From NCBI GenBank assembly GCA_951406725.2, contig OX597830.1, positions 43,958,001 through 44,022,000 of the forward strand: a stretch of DNA of 64,000 nucleotides, written 5' to 3'. This document shows positions 11,736 to 25,369 of the stretch, piece after piece. The stretch is from Octopus vulgaris. Taxonomy: Eukaryota. The translations under genes were made by a program, and so were the position numbers. The notes below the pieces were generated by a model. The model was given only the letters and a program-made list of their open reading frames with translations, made no database searches and had not been told where the DNA came from. Position 1 is the stretch's first letter. Every line of letters begins with the position of its first letter.

Positions 11736-13507
11736 GTCTCAAAACAAGGACGTTGCTTACCAACAGAAGAAGTCAGCATCGGTGTTATATGTTCTGCTGC
11801 CGATGATGTTTTCATAATCATCAGTGACAACATTAGTTACTTACAGACATTATAAACCCGTCTGACCTCTTATTCAATTCTCTAGCAATGAACGTCCTAC
11901 GCTAATCGCCCTTTCACTTTTGTCTCTCCTTACACATATAACATAACATACGACGCTTGCACATGTCTCATGGGATCCACCCTGACGTCTTATCCTATTT
12001 GACTGCACACGTGTAAAATACACGCAGTTGTTCGGCCTTCTATTGTGATTCCATTCACACTTAGGATACTTTATCGGATTAAATCGACTCTAGTACTTGA
12101 CTGTACTCTATCAACCCCAGAAAGATTAAAAAAAAAAAGAGGAAAGTAAACGTCAGCGTGATTTGAATTCAGAATATAGTGTCATAACTACGATTCTGCC
12201 AGCCCAACTCCCTGCTAAAAATAGCAACTAAATTCTTTAAAATTGTATTCTATTGTATTTTTTTTTTTAAGAAAGAAACAGACACATAAGTCAGTGTAAT
12301 CCTAGATAGGTGTTTCATATTCCATGGTCGAAAAACTTTTGGTCAAAGGTTTGTTCAATCTAGACTGAACAATAGACAGTAGCGAGTTGACTCATTTACA
12401 ATGAAATGTGAATATCGAGTCGAAAGAAAGTACTTAGAATCCAATAGACTGCTCTGAATTTGCTATCCACTAACTACAACTAAAACAGCATTTGGCAAGA
12501 TTATTAATAACATGAGACAAAAAGCTGTTCCGAAAAAAAAATTATAATGGAGTGACCCTCAAAGTGATTTCCTAAGAAGTGGTGATAGTGGTATCGGTTT
12601 AATAACAATAACTTATTTCATTCATGTCACACTCCTAATGGACAAAGGACAAAGTCAATCCTATCGCCATTTGAAACCAAAACGGTGTGTCAACGAACGA
12701 ATCAGTGCACAAGCGTTTAGATGTAGTCTTCTTGTGTCTACGCAATTTCCAGTGCTGTTCTTCTTCCCTTCCCTTCCTACTCAAAATACAAAAACCAAAC
12801 ATACTCTGCAGATATAGCAAAAGAGCTGTGACCGAATAACCGATATATTTTGCTTCGGGCATGTGAAGTTAATCAGCTTGAAGCAACATTAAAATTTACA
12901 TTCTTAGTGAAGGTATTTCCTTCAAATTATTAAGCAGACAACAGAAAGCAAATTCATTTAATAACAACTTCAACCATTCTTTAACCCCAAGTCAACGTTT
13001 GATCTTTCATAATTTCATTCATAACTGGAATATATTATAGGAATATTACATCGATCCAATTCTTCACTGGTACTTTATTTTATAAAACCCCTCAAAGATG
13101 AAAGGCAAAACTGACTTCGGCAAGATTTGAACTCCGAATGTAGTCGTAATTAAATAATGCAAAACAATTTATCCGACACAGAACAGACTCATGATCGAAA
13201 GTTCCAACAGTGTCCATCGCATCTTTTTGTGTATTAGGAACTATGGTGTTCAACATATTTTTATTTAGTTAAGATAGCGTAGTGTGACTTCTATGGAATT
13301 TAGTTGCTATTTCTGTGCAAGACTATCTCGAAAACTTGACCTGATCAAGTGTACCTGATGATCAAAGGCGATTCGGCTTTGACTATTCCGTCTCTTTTAT
13401 TTATTTATTTATTTATTTATTTTTCAGACAGTGTATCAATGAGTATTTGTTCCTTTTTAAAATGAATATGTGATTTAAAAAAGATTTTTAAAAAGTGTCA
13501 TTTGATG

Positions 13508-13579
13508 AATAGTTGACTGATATCTCCAGATATGTGGAGATTTAATAGTTGACTGATATCTCCAGATATGTGGAGATTT
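13508..13579. repeat. Perfect 2 x 36 bp tandem duplication
   Basis: aatagttgactgatatctccagatatgtggagattt occurs twice in a row. Confidence 0.95.
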
Positions 13580-14190
13580 AGAAGTTTTTTAATGAGTAGC
13601 TGATAGTGGTGAAGAATTGAGAAGTTGTGTCGTTCAAGTATTTACCAAGGTCATGACTGCTGTAAATAAAGTGAAGTTGTTAGCGAATTCTGTAATTATG
13701 ATAGCCTAGATGCATGCAGTACTTGTAAAAACCCAGGAGTGGCAGTTGAATAATGAAAATAAATACAGGATTGTTGCGTAAATTAAACTGACTGCACCCA
13801 TTCACAAATCTCGTTTACCAAGTGCTTGCATAGCTAGTGTGTTTGTGTGTACGCGCGTGCGTATTTTAAAATTCACACAAGGTCCGAAAGCAAAATGAAT
13901 TGCGAAATTATAGAAATAATAAATACTAAATAAAACCCATAAAGCCTTAAAGAAAATAATTTTACTTTAATAGATACTACAGTATGGTAATTTTAGGGAA
14001 TTTCCGATTACAAAATAGCAATCACCGAAAAGGCATTAAACAATGTTCGAGCAGACGAGGAAATATGTACGCCGTCCTTCGATCCGCTAGAGATAGCAGC
14101 CAATTCTCTCTTAAAATGACATCTTACTGTCTTAAAAGAGAAATGCTACATTATGTAATGTAGTCTTGGGTGTACATTTTATGAATGTAT

Positions 14191-14194
<4 letters not shown>

Positions 14195-14259
<65 letters not shown>

Positions 14260-14268
14260 CACACACAT
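14195..14268. repeat. (CA)n(TA)n microsatellite
   Basis: Directly visible run. Confidence 0.95.
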
Positions 14269-14986
14269 ACTGCCTGAGCAGAGCTTGAACGCTTTTGACC
14301 ATATCTGGTAAGTCAGTGCTAAAGAATTAGTTTAAGAAGGTTACACGATCTTATATCTCTCCTTTAAATTTGAGTTGATGTTTCCCAAGAAAAATTAATG
14401 GTTAGAAGGCTAGCAGATCTAGTTGAAATATAAGGGGCAGCTAAATGTCTCTGAAATATTCAATTTGCAACAGGATGAAAGTTCTGGAACACTTGAGGGG
14501 TGTAGGTCTTACCCCGTTACATTAAATTATTTGTCGAAGGAAAACCAAGACTTCGAATTTCTTCAACAGCATAAATAATATTTATTTCCTGGATTCGCAA
14601 TAATATATATACATATATTTCCTTCAGGGCAAACCGGTAGCCATGGAGTTAGTCGCTGTGATTAAATGGTGTGAGCCAAATCCTGTCTCGTTCTAGCTTC
14701 ACCACGTGTTGGCTTGCTTGGGAGAGCTATGAGGACGTGCCCGTTCAATTCGGCTGCAGCTTTGAAAGAGATCGATACAGTGGGAAATCTTGCTGTTGGT
14801 AGTTCTCAGCACATGAGCATGAGGGAACTTCCTGCAGCCTACCGGAAGAAATCCAACTCTGCGGTGTGGCTACAAATTTGATTCCTTTCAGTTTAAAAAT
14901 TCTCTGTTGCTGATGCCACTTTGATGCCTTAAGTACCAGTAATATCTTGAGGATAGATAAATGCAATAAGTACCAGTAATAATCAG

Positions 14987-15320
14987 AGGCGCAGGCATGA
15001 CTGTATCATAAGAAGATTGCTTCTCAACCACATGGTCATGAGTTCAGTCCTACTGCATGGCACTTTAGACAAATGTCTTCTGCTGTAGTCCTGGGCCAGC
15101 CAAGGCTTTGTGAATAGATTTGGTAGACAAAAACTGAAAGAAGTCTGTCGTATATGAGTATATATATGCATTGTGTGTGTGTGTGTGTACATCTGAGCAT
15201 ATCTGTGTTTGTCCTCATCACTGCTTGACAACTGGTGTTGGTTTACTTATATCTCTGTAAGTTAGCAGTTTGGCAAAAAGAGATTGATAGAATAAGTACC
15301 AAGCTTAGAAAAAAAAACAG
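14987..15320 (+). mobile_element. tRNA-derived SINE family B
   Basis: Head ggcgcaggcatgactgt...gagttcagtcc, then cactttagacaaatgtc and body gatttggtagac...gatagaataagtacc. Confidence 0.85.
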
Positions 15321-15591
15321 TATCATCCAGCCAACTTACGACTGAGCCAAACAAGGATCTTTATGCCACATTGCTTCACTCCATTTAGCAGAAATTGAAT
15401 ACTAGCAGTAACTGGGGTGAGTGTTGTAATGGACTGGTATCTTATCCAGAGAGATACCTTGGAAGGTAAGAACAACAACCACTCAATGTTTCTTTTCTGC
15501 TATAGAAAGGCTATCATGATAGGCCATGTTATACAGTTTTTAGTTAACACACTCAAGGAAGGAGGCCAATAGTCAGAATCCTCCAAAGATT

Positions 15592-15783
15592 TACTTCACG
15601 CTCAGAGTTGCTGAAGCATGGAATAAACTGCCTGCGTCAGTTGTTGACTGCCATGACACTGCATCCTTTAGGGCTCTCATGCTTTCTGAAATCCGCCGAA
15701 ACTACACCTGATTATATATACACTTTAGATGAGTTGTAGTGCACCTGAGCACTGTACACAATTATTATTATTATTATTATTAT
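15592..15783 (+). mobile_element. 5'-truncated CR1-type LINE 3' end
   Basis: Encodes FTLRVAEAWNKLPASVVDCHDTASFRALMLSEIRRNYT* (CR1 C-terminal RVxxxWNxLP motif), followed by a short UTR and an (ATT)n tail. Confidence 0.8.
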
Positions 15784-15951
15784 AAATTAAAATGTTAATG
15801 ATAGATTCCTGTGATGTAAAAAATTTGTCATTCTGGGGAAGAAGAATGGTAAAAGTGTGTGTGCTATAGAGAGAGAGAGAGAGAAATTCAAGAGTGCTGC
15901 TGGCACATGCTCATATACACACTGATATGAACAGTATTGGCAAGCACATAT

Positions 15952-16004
<53 letters not shown>

Positions 16005-16204
16005 TATACAGAGAACAACAATATGTATGTGTGTGTGATAAAGCAAGGGTTATGTATATATGAGTACTCATGTGTGTATTGTCATGAAGATTGACCATCT
16101 ATTTGTTTTATTATCCATATATAAGTAACTGTATCACTAACTTCTTTCATAAAATGTGTGAAATGGTATATGCAAGAAATGGCATTTTCCCAACTATCTA
16201 TGTA

Positions 16205-16592
16205 TTGGTTTCAAATTCTGGAACAAGGCCAACCCCAGTGCTCAACTGGTACTTATTTTACTGATGACATGCAAAGTAGACCATGATGAAATTTGCACTC
16301 AGAACAAAGACAGACAAAATGCTGCTATATAGCTTTGTTAAGCTTCACACAAATAAACTCATAGAGATGAGAATGTGTTAGTGAAAGATTTATTCCTTTA
16401 GGTATATCAGGGTGACAGCCACCAGTTACGTATGCCTTTCGGATCCTGCTCAACTGGAAGTCTACTTCACTGCAGACCAGCTCCTTAGCTAGCCCACAAT
16501 GAAGTTCTTGTCTACAGTTTGTCTGTCATAAATCCTGCCCTACAGCTAAGCATTTTGCTCAGTGTGCTAACAACTCCGCCAGCTCACCACCT
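16205..16592 (-). mobile_element. SINE family A interrupted by a ~220 bp insert
   Basis: SINE sequence stops at aaaatgctgcta (~16327) and resumes at gctaagcattttgc (~16544). Confidence 0.7.
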
Positions 16593-18604
16593 TTCGACTG
16601 TTTATATGCTAATAACTGCATACCTAACTTGCTTCATTTTGTTATAACCATCCTCTACAATATCAAGTGCTTCTTAGATTATTCTATTACCAGAAGAGAG
16701 TTTAGTGTTATGGCAGACAGTGATGAAAGAGCATGATAGCAAGAGCTGAATTGAAAGAGGCAGAGAAGATACAGAAAAAAAAAAAAGGGAAAAGGGTAAA
16801 AAGAAGAAATAAGAATAAAGAGAAGAGAATCAGGAATGAGAAGAAACAATAACTCAGGAGGAAAGGAATGAAATTAATTCAAGAAGCAAAATTAAAAGGT
16901 GGTGTATGACAAATATGATGAAAATGAAACTAACAAAGAAAGTATGGGAATTGCTAATCAAGACAGCAAAATATGAATGACGATGATAAACAAGAATATT
17001 TTGCAGAAGCCAAAATGAGGAAAACAGGCAAGAAGAGAAAACATGGCTGAAGAGAATGGAAAAGATTTCAAAAAAATTAATGAAAATATTTTGAAGGAAA
17101 TGGTGGGATATTATTACTGAATGGGGAAATGTTTATGGCTGACAATGGACCACAAATGACAATGAGTACAGCAACTCAGTTTCGCAAACAACTTTAAAGT
17201 AATCTATACTTGTAGATGGTTAACAATGCATAAAAGCCTAAGTTTTTTTTTACCCTCAAAACAAAATTAACTATCATTATGCTGTCTTGGTTATATTAAG
17301 ACTGCTGAGGTTACAATGGTCTCTTTTAAGTAAGAACAAAGCTCCAGAAGATAGTGTGAACTCAACAATAAAGTATCAGTGTTTAGATAGAGTTGCGTCA
17401 GCCACTATTTCAGTCATCTTCAATATTTACAAGAAAAAAAGATTACATATATGGTAGGGCTTTGTGTGTAACAATGATCAATCAGTTCAACCTTGCAACT
17501 ACAAACTGTGTTTCAGTCCATATATAGGGCAGGAGGCCAGAGCTAAAGTATGGGCATGACTTTATCAAATTATCTATCGTGACACTGAAAGGAAACGGGT
17601 GGGAAGGCAGTATCATACAGGTAGTTTCATGAATGAATACATAAGAAATGGAGCATGATATCAGTAAAATAATAGGAAGTGTATTACTTGCTGTAGTGTA
17701 ATTAATAGATAACGACTGAGGGTGATAATCTGCTTCAATAGCTTGTTGAAGATAGGAGATAAATTTTGTAACAAGAGCTGATGGTAGACCCAGCGATAAT
17801 ACAGAGTATAAGTGGGTGGGACTACAGAGAACATTAGCGGTGACTAAGAGATTTTCTACACATGACTGTATATGTAAGGTAGCGAGCCACGTTATACATG
17901 TGATCTATCAATCTATTTATTTACTTGGAAAAAATTAACCACTTTAACCCTTCGATAGTCAGATTTCTCTGTCAAACACAATGCTTATTTATTGACATTG
18001 TTTTTAATTAATTATGCATTATCTTGTAGCTTCGAGATTCTCATAACGGGATCAGGATCGTTTATTTTTAGGACATTGTAGGGTAGGTATCAGAGGCAAG
18101 AATATCTGGCCCATTTGAATATGAAAAGGGTAAACCACTTTGGGAGGTTTCCGCATTTATTAAAAGACTTTTTCATCTTGGTTTTGTTGGGTCTGAGAAA
18201 AGGAAAGGTTTGTACATCTGCAAGAGAGAACCAACTGAATGAAAGAGTTGCCAAGAAAGTCATCCATACTGGATTCAGAACCCTTACTGCCCCTTCCCTC
18301 TCCCTCCTGTAGCTGCAGGTTTGAAAGGTTGATTCCTTGTTGGGTTCATCTTCTCTTCTAGATGATTTTTAGCTGCTGATGGCCTGACCATGAAATAAGC
18401 AGTGCTGACTAGGTTTATCAGATGGAATGCAGTCATGTATCTTGTTATTTTTTCAACAGTTCAGTTAGGTTTTTTTTTGTGTGTGTCACTAAGTCAATTC
18501 TGAATGGGCAGACCTATAATTAAAAAAAAAAGCTAAAACAGAACTTTCCAGTTGTGACCATTTTGTCATTTTAGGACATTTAGAACTATGTTATCCAATA
18601 TGGG

Positions 18605-18806
18605 CAATAATCCCTTACCATATCATGGTTTATTACTTGAGCTTATGTCAATTCCTCCGTGGTGTTCTTTTGCATTTATAATAAAATATATACAAATTTC
18701 AAAAATAATAAAAACAATATACAGTACAGTACTGTTTCTACTTTGTGGACTTTCACCTATCGTAGAGGTTTGGAATGTAACACCTGCAATAGTCGAGGGA
18801 TTATTG
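18605..18806. mobile_element. pogo/Tigger-like MITE (empty-site copy)
   Basis: Ends caataatccct and gagggattattg; the body matches 2574-2916 without the SINE. Confidence 0.8.
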
Positions 18807-18834
18807 TAATTCTGTTTAAGATGTCCAGAGCATC

Positions 18835-19135
18835 TTGGACAAGTGTCTTTTACTATAGTCTTGAGCCATCCAAAACCTTGGTGGACAAACTGAATGAAGC
18901 CTGTTGTATGTATGCGTGTCTTCTTGTGTTGACATTGTGTGTTGGTTGTAAATGAGAATCACTGTCATATAAGCAGTGTCAATATGTCCTGGCCATGGGG
19001 AAATATTATCTTACTTGGAAAAACAGGCGAGAGCTGGTGACAGGAAGGGAATCCAGCCATAAATAATCTGTCTCAGTAAAGTCTTTCTGAGCCATGCAAG
19101 CAAGGTAAAGTGGACAATAAAATGATGATAATAAT
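18835..19135 (+). mobile_element. SINE family B variant with an alternative 3' tail
   Basis: tggacaagtgtcttttactatag...ggtgacaggaagggaatccagcc...aaatgatgata. Confidence 0.7.
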
Positions 19136-20111
19136 AATTGTTGTTGCTGTTCAGCAAAAGGCCAACCCTAATTGAGCAGATCTATGCTTAAAATTGCTTC
19201 AGTCATGACTTACATCTTTTTTTTTTTTTACTAGTGTCTAACACCACTCCTTCTACAGTCTCCAATGTGTCTTTGTTGAAATTTTTTTGTTATGTTTCTG
19301 TTGAAATACTTAGACTTTATTTCAATTAAGTTTGGAAATAAAGAAATATTTATTAAAATAGCTTCGTCATAATTGAGTTGATGCTTGAAAAATACTTTGA
19401 TTGAAGGTTTTAATTTAGGCCACTTTAAATCTGGAAGTTTGTATCATTAAACCAGAGATGGTCCTAGGCAGGATGGTATGAAAATGGATAAGAAAGTAGG
19501 GTGTGATTTGCTGCTATTTTCAGCAGGTCAAGCAGCCACACATAAGGCCTCCATCCTTAGGGTTTAAGGCATTGGATGAATGCTTTGCAGTATTTATTCC
19601 AGCCCCTTATGTTGAGTTCAAATCTCACCAAGGCAAACTTCATCTTTCATCCTTCTGGGATTAATATATGAGGCATTTGTCCAGTAGAGCATCGAATGGG
19701 ATTCCATGTTGCATTCCTACTGGTTCTTTACATTCTGAGTTCAAATCCTACAGTAGCCTGTTGTAGACGTTAATTTGTCACCTGTTTTAACACCATCTAC
19801 TGGTCCTTGGGTACCTTTAGCAGAGTTCATGGTGTTGCAAGAACTTGTCTTCAAACAAGTCTCTTGTTTGAAGACACCTTCTCCCCTGCCAGTCTCATAG
19901 GTACTGAAAAAGGATCAGTCACTGCCTTTCCCCCTAAAAAATAAATTTACTACTATAATTATTTTTATTCTTCAAGGTGGTCAGCTGGCAGAATTGTTAG
20001 CATGCTGGACAAAATGCAGTGTCATTGAGCCATTTTACTTCATCTAAGTCTTGTACTGTGAATATTATAACTGTGTTGTCCATAATTTTCATGTCCCGAG
20101 TAGGACGCTGG

Positions 20112-20304
20112 CCCTTTAGCATTTAGACTAGCCACATCCAACTCAAATATTCTACTTGTTTAATGTCCAAACCCACAATGTCATTCTAAAAATAGGTGAT
20201 AACATCATCAAAATCTCAAAGCTAAGATATAATGCAGAATTAATTCAAAATATGAATAACAAATCATTATAGTTGACAGAATAATCTGAATGCTAAAGGG
20301 TTAA
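20112..20304. mobile_element. piggyBac-like MITE
   Basis: TIRs ccctttagcatt / aatgctaaaggg followed by TTAA. Confidence 0.75.
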
Positions 20305-21289
20305 ACCGCATTCAGTAGTCGGGGCCCTGGTTCAATGATTCCAGGATTTTGAAGAGCAAGGAACAACATCTCACACACTATTGTTCCCAGGTCTACTCTG
20401 TCCCAGAGTAGTAGCACCTGTCAGGGTCCCAGATATTGGGTTAAATGGCATGTAACCACCCTAGTCAGGGTATGCTGAAATCATGGGATACAACACAATG
20501 GATGTGAGCTATTTCAGTAAATTAATCTTATTGAATCAATGGCAAATATCATGAGATGTTGTATGGCTGGACAGACAACAAACTGTCAATGGCCAGGAGC
20601 AACCAGTACAGTTAGTGAACTGCTGCTATCATCTGTAATCATGAGATATTTCAGCTTGTGAAAGACTAAAGCCCAGGCCAGACATTCATATGTCATCACT
20701 CAATCAGGACATCTGCCATGGAAGTGTATCATTCAGGCAAGTCACCTGACCTTTGTGGTTTGTTTATGCTGCTGTTTAGCCCTATGTCAACTTTAATCAA
20801 GCAAGCCTATGGTAAAAAAATACATTCCAACCATGAGTATATTTGTTTTATTTGAGATGCAGTTTATCAAAGATCACATTCAATATATCCTTTTTCCTTT
20901 AAAGATGATAAAGTGTGACTTGAGGGAGAACTGACTACTCTTTCAAACAGGTCAAACAAATATATAGGTTTCCTCATTCGCTTGTAAAAAGAGATGGTAG
21001 CTTGTATTAGATGTTGTGTAATGTTGCTAGTAAAAAGGGATTAGTGTAAGAATCCATGGAAGTTGTAGTAAGAGCAGTAGTATTATAGCTATGCAGGAAG
21101 GATGCAAGTGTTGTTATGTGTACATGAGGTTGAGTCTAAGCTTTGGGATATGTGGGGGAAAAAAATCATGAACATATAAGTAAGAAAGACTTGTTAAGGT
21201 TATAGCTCTACAGATCTTGTATAGAAATTATAGGTAACACTGATTTTGTCATGATGTTTCCTATTTGAGACACTCAGTGTAAATAAGAT

Positions 21290-21680
21290 TCATCATCATT
21301 TAACGTCCATTTTCCATGCTGGCACAGGTTGGATGGTTTGACTGAGGTCTGGAGAGCCAGTGGCTGTACCAGGCTCCAATCTGGTCTGGCAATGTTTCTA
21401 CAGCTGGATGCCCTTCCTAACACCAACCAGTCCAAGAGTGTAGTGGGTGCTTTTTACATACCACCAGCACAGGAGCCAGTCAAGCAGGCCTGGTATCGAT
21501 CACATTTGAATGGTGCTTTTTGTATGCCACTGGCACAGGGGCCAGTCAGGGCGTACTGGCATTGGCTACATTTGGATGGTGCCTTTTGTGCCACCAGCAC
21601 AGGAGCTAGTCTGGGCGAAGTGACATCGGCCACATTTGGATGGTGCTTTTTATGTGCCACCGGCACAGTAGCCAGTCAGG
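21290..21680 (-). mobile_element. SINE family C with internal ~60 bp tandem repeats
   Basis: Tail catcatcatttaacgtcc followed by repeated gccaccagcacaggagccagtc...catttggatggtgcttttt units. Confidence 0.85.
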
Positions 21681-23668
21681 GTGTAGTGGGATATTTCAGG
21701 AGTTTTTGCTCCTTCGTTAGCACCCATAGAAAATCTGAAGAGATAACCTTGACAAGTGATATTGTAGCACTGCTAACACAGTAGAACATGGTATTGACTT
21801 ATAAAACCATTTAATATACTTTATTGTATATTATGGTTGCATACTGAAGTACGGTGTCCCTTTGCATCATTAACAAGTGAGAAAGAAATCACCAATAGGA
21901 CGGGGTGGCATACTTATCAGCTTTCACCTCATTAGTCTTCTGCAGGTTCCTTCACTTGGCACATTGTTATCCTTCATATGTATCACATCTACCCCAGTTC
22001 TGTTTTCTCATGTGTACTAAATCTAATTCCTTAGTTTTTCTGTCAGTTCATCTGTGTTATGCCTTTCATATACACCAACATTACACATATGGCACAGCAT
22101 ACTTCCAGCTTTTACACATCCTCGGTATTCAATACTAGCAGAAAAATCTATAGACCAAATTCTGCATAATCCAATAGCTTGGGATATTTCTTAATAGTGA
22201 AATCATTCTTGAGAAACAGGAGATTCTGGTTTAATAAAGATGCTTCTTGTTAACTGAAAATCAAACTGGTTCACTAACCCCAAAAGCTAACTAATGCACA
22301 ACAGTTATCAACTAAGAAGTAAAATTAAATCAAAGCTACCTTTTAAATTTCCTTCTATGAAGCTGACCTTCAGTGTGCCAACGCCTTTTGTTGTTTCAAG
22401 GTAATCAATCAACAAGAGGAGAATACTGTGTTAAGTCAAAAGGGAACTTATTTGCTTTACTTGTCAAGCATTCAAAATAGAGCCAAAGTCAACACCCCTT
22501 CCTTATGAAGATTTGAGCTTTCAACCACAAGAGATGTAACTAAACAGATAGCACCAAACAAAATGTTTGGCACTAACAGATTTCCTAATATACCCAAGCA
22601 AGCATGGACAACAGACATTAAATGACGATATGATGCCGTGTAAAAAGCAACCAGTACACTCTGTAAAGTAGTTGGCATTAGGAAAGGCATCCAGCTGTGA
22701 AAACCAAGCCGAAACAGACTATGGAACCTAGTGCGGCACCTGTCAAACCATCCAACTATTGCTAGCATGGAAAACAAACCTTAAATGATGGTACATAATC
22801 TCCCCACAAATGTAGCTTTGCTGAGAATTTTGTAATGATTCTTTGTATTTTTTTATTTTTAAACCAATAACAAGTAATACAAGTAGAAGTCTACATTTAA
22901 ATATTGTTTTACAGAGTAATTTAATATGATAGTCCCAATGCAGAATAAATTCATGCCATTTAATTATTTCCTTCTTGTCATTATCATTGTTTTCGCATCC
23001 ATTCCTGTCTTGATTCAGGTCAGCTGAGAGGACTAATATTCAGAGCTTACCAAATTTCATTTAATATACTTCAAAAAAGTTTCACTGATTGCAAGCTGCA
23101 GTCAAATTCATTAGACTGAGTTTATATAAATATTTTGAAGCATTTCATAAAAAAACTTTACTCAGAATAATGACTGAGTTAATAACCATTTTTTTGTCCT
23201 TTTGTCTGTTGCTGTGTGTACAGATGAAGACTGACTAAGCAGGTGGTGAAATGTTCTCAGATCTAGCTAACTCATAGCAGCATGGAGAAACAAGCAAGAT
23301 AAATGATGAATCATATGTTCTCAGTTCAAATTATACTAGAGTAGATGTTTGCCCTTTGCAATTAACATAGGTGCTTCAATAAAAACTTTTTTTGTTTACA
23401 TACACACCTCTATTAAAATCAGCCAGTGCTACATTAGTAAGCAGTCTACAGCAATATCTGTATTTCACACAGTGAAATGACCTGATCTAAGCCTGGCTTT
23501 AGGATTAGAGTACAAGTCTAAGTGTAGACTGAATGCTGACATGGCACCAATCAACCTTAGATCTTAAATCAGCCATTTCCAACAAGGAATACCTGAATAA
23601 GGACTAAGTTACACAAGCAACTGGCTGTAAGACAGTGTATATTTTACAAATGGAGAGGAGTAGCTCAT

Positions 23669-23891
23669 CAGGGACAGATTAAGACCTATAAAGGCCCTAA
23701 ACACTTAAGATTTTGGTGCCCTCCATGTGTTAATAAAAAAAAAACAAAACCTAAAATAAATTTTTTCCAACTATATAAAACACATTTAAAATGATTTCTT
23801 TTATCCTGTAAATCATTTACCATTTGTGATGCTCCTCTCTTCCCTTGATGTCTAAGCATGTGCTTATTTTTAAATGGATAATCCAGCACTG
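23669..23891. mobile_element. hAT-like MITE
   Basis: Ends cagggacagattaag and ataatccagcactg, with a degenerate 8-bp TSD tagctcat/gaactcac. Confidence 0.55.
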
Positions 23892-24431
23892 GAACTCACC
23901 CACCAATTATTCTTCAATTTATCTAGAGATTTTTAATACTCCTAAAGGATGGCAAGGTAATCCAATATAATGTTACACTGATTTGCAAAAAAAAACAAAA
24001 AACAAAAAAAAAACTGGACATGAAAACAGCACGAAGTGAGTTTACGAACATGTCGCAAACAGGTCTAAGAAAAACCATTGTCATGAGATGTTATGAAAAT
24101 TGATCTCAGAGGCTAATCAAGTACACATGAACAATAAGATTCAGATATTTTACTAATAAAAGATAGAACATGCATCACAATCACTTTTCTTTTCATTAGA
24201 GGGTCAAGAGGATTTAATAATTGTGGTCAACACAATCGATCACAATAAATGTAAGCATGACATAGAAATAGGTTAACACTATCATTATATCTGTAGTAGT
24301 CAAGAAGGAGGAATTGGTTTTTATGGTAAATGAGGTTGCTTTTATAACAGAGAACCTTATTTTAGTGGGTTCACTTTGAAAGGGTAATTTTCCCCAACCA
24401 CAATAGGGGCTTCATATAATAAAAGAAGCAT

Positions 24432-24659
24432 TTAACCCTTTAGCATTAAAGACAGCCATATTCAGCCAAAATATTCCACCTGTTTTATGTTCAAACTGAC
24501 CAGATCTAGCCTCTTGTATCAACCCCACAATATTATTCTAAAAATTAACAATTACCATATCAAAATCTCAGAGTTACAAAATAATGCAGGATTAAAACAA
24601 AACAATGAGAAGAAATAAGCATTACTTTTGACAGAATAATGTGAATGCTAGATGGTTAA
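24432..24659. mobile_element. piggyBac-like MITE
   Basis: TTAA-ccctttagcatt...aatgctagatgg-TTAA; same body as the copies at 20112 and 34012. Confidence 0.8.
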
Positions 24660-25369
24660 GGAAGATGACAAAATGGTTAGGATATTTGACAATCTAGTCA
24701 TGAGTACAAATTGAAATCTACTGATAATGTCTTGTTTGTGGGGAGAAAATTTTCAGCTGCTTCAGTTCATGATGGTTAAGTTGCAGTTCATAGCCAACGT
24801 TTCAGATTGCCTTATTATTGTATCCAAATTGGCTTTCATTACATCATCATTTAACATCTACCTTCCATGCTGGTATAGGTGGGATGGTTTTGCTGCATGT
24901 AATGGACAAGACAGTGTCTCCAATGTTAAACCCATCACAAACAATGAATATACCTCAAAGAAGTAGCAATAGTGTGGGGGCATGTGCTGTACCAATACAT
25001 CACTGCATCCACCATTTGTTAATGATTCCCTTGTGCCACTGGTGGACAACAACCTTCCAACCTATAGGTCAATTTAGGTAGTTGTTGCTGGTGAGGGTCT
25101 TATGAGGTTGGAATACAAGTCCTACCATGACATCTTTTTATGACACACAAAGAAAACATTGGGTTTATTCTTTGACATGCTAGAGCTGCCCCCCCCCCAT
25201 GCACAAAGTAAAAAAAAAATTGTATGATGAACATTCAATTTCCATAGTCTGTGTCATCATCACTTTTGATGTAGGAGGAAAAAGTAGAATAATGAAAATA
25301 TCTTAATAGGTAAGCAACAAGAAGAGCATCTGAACATAGAAAATCAGTTTCAACAAGTTTCGCTTAAAC

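Noticed and set aside
16700-17170. Purine-rich stretch that looks like a K/E-rich coding exon
   Set aside because: It has frequent stops, no long ORF and no convincing splice sites.
21329-21784. Longest ORF (151 aa) with repeated motifs
   Set aside because: It is a translation of the internal tandem repeats of a family C SINE.
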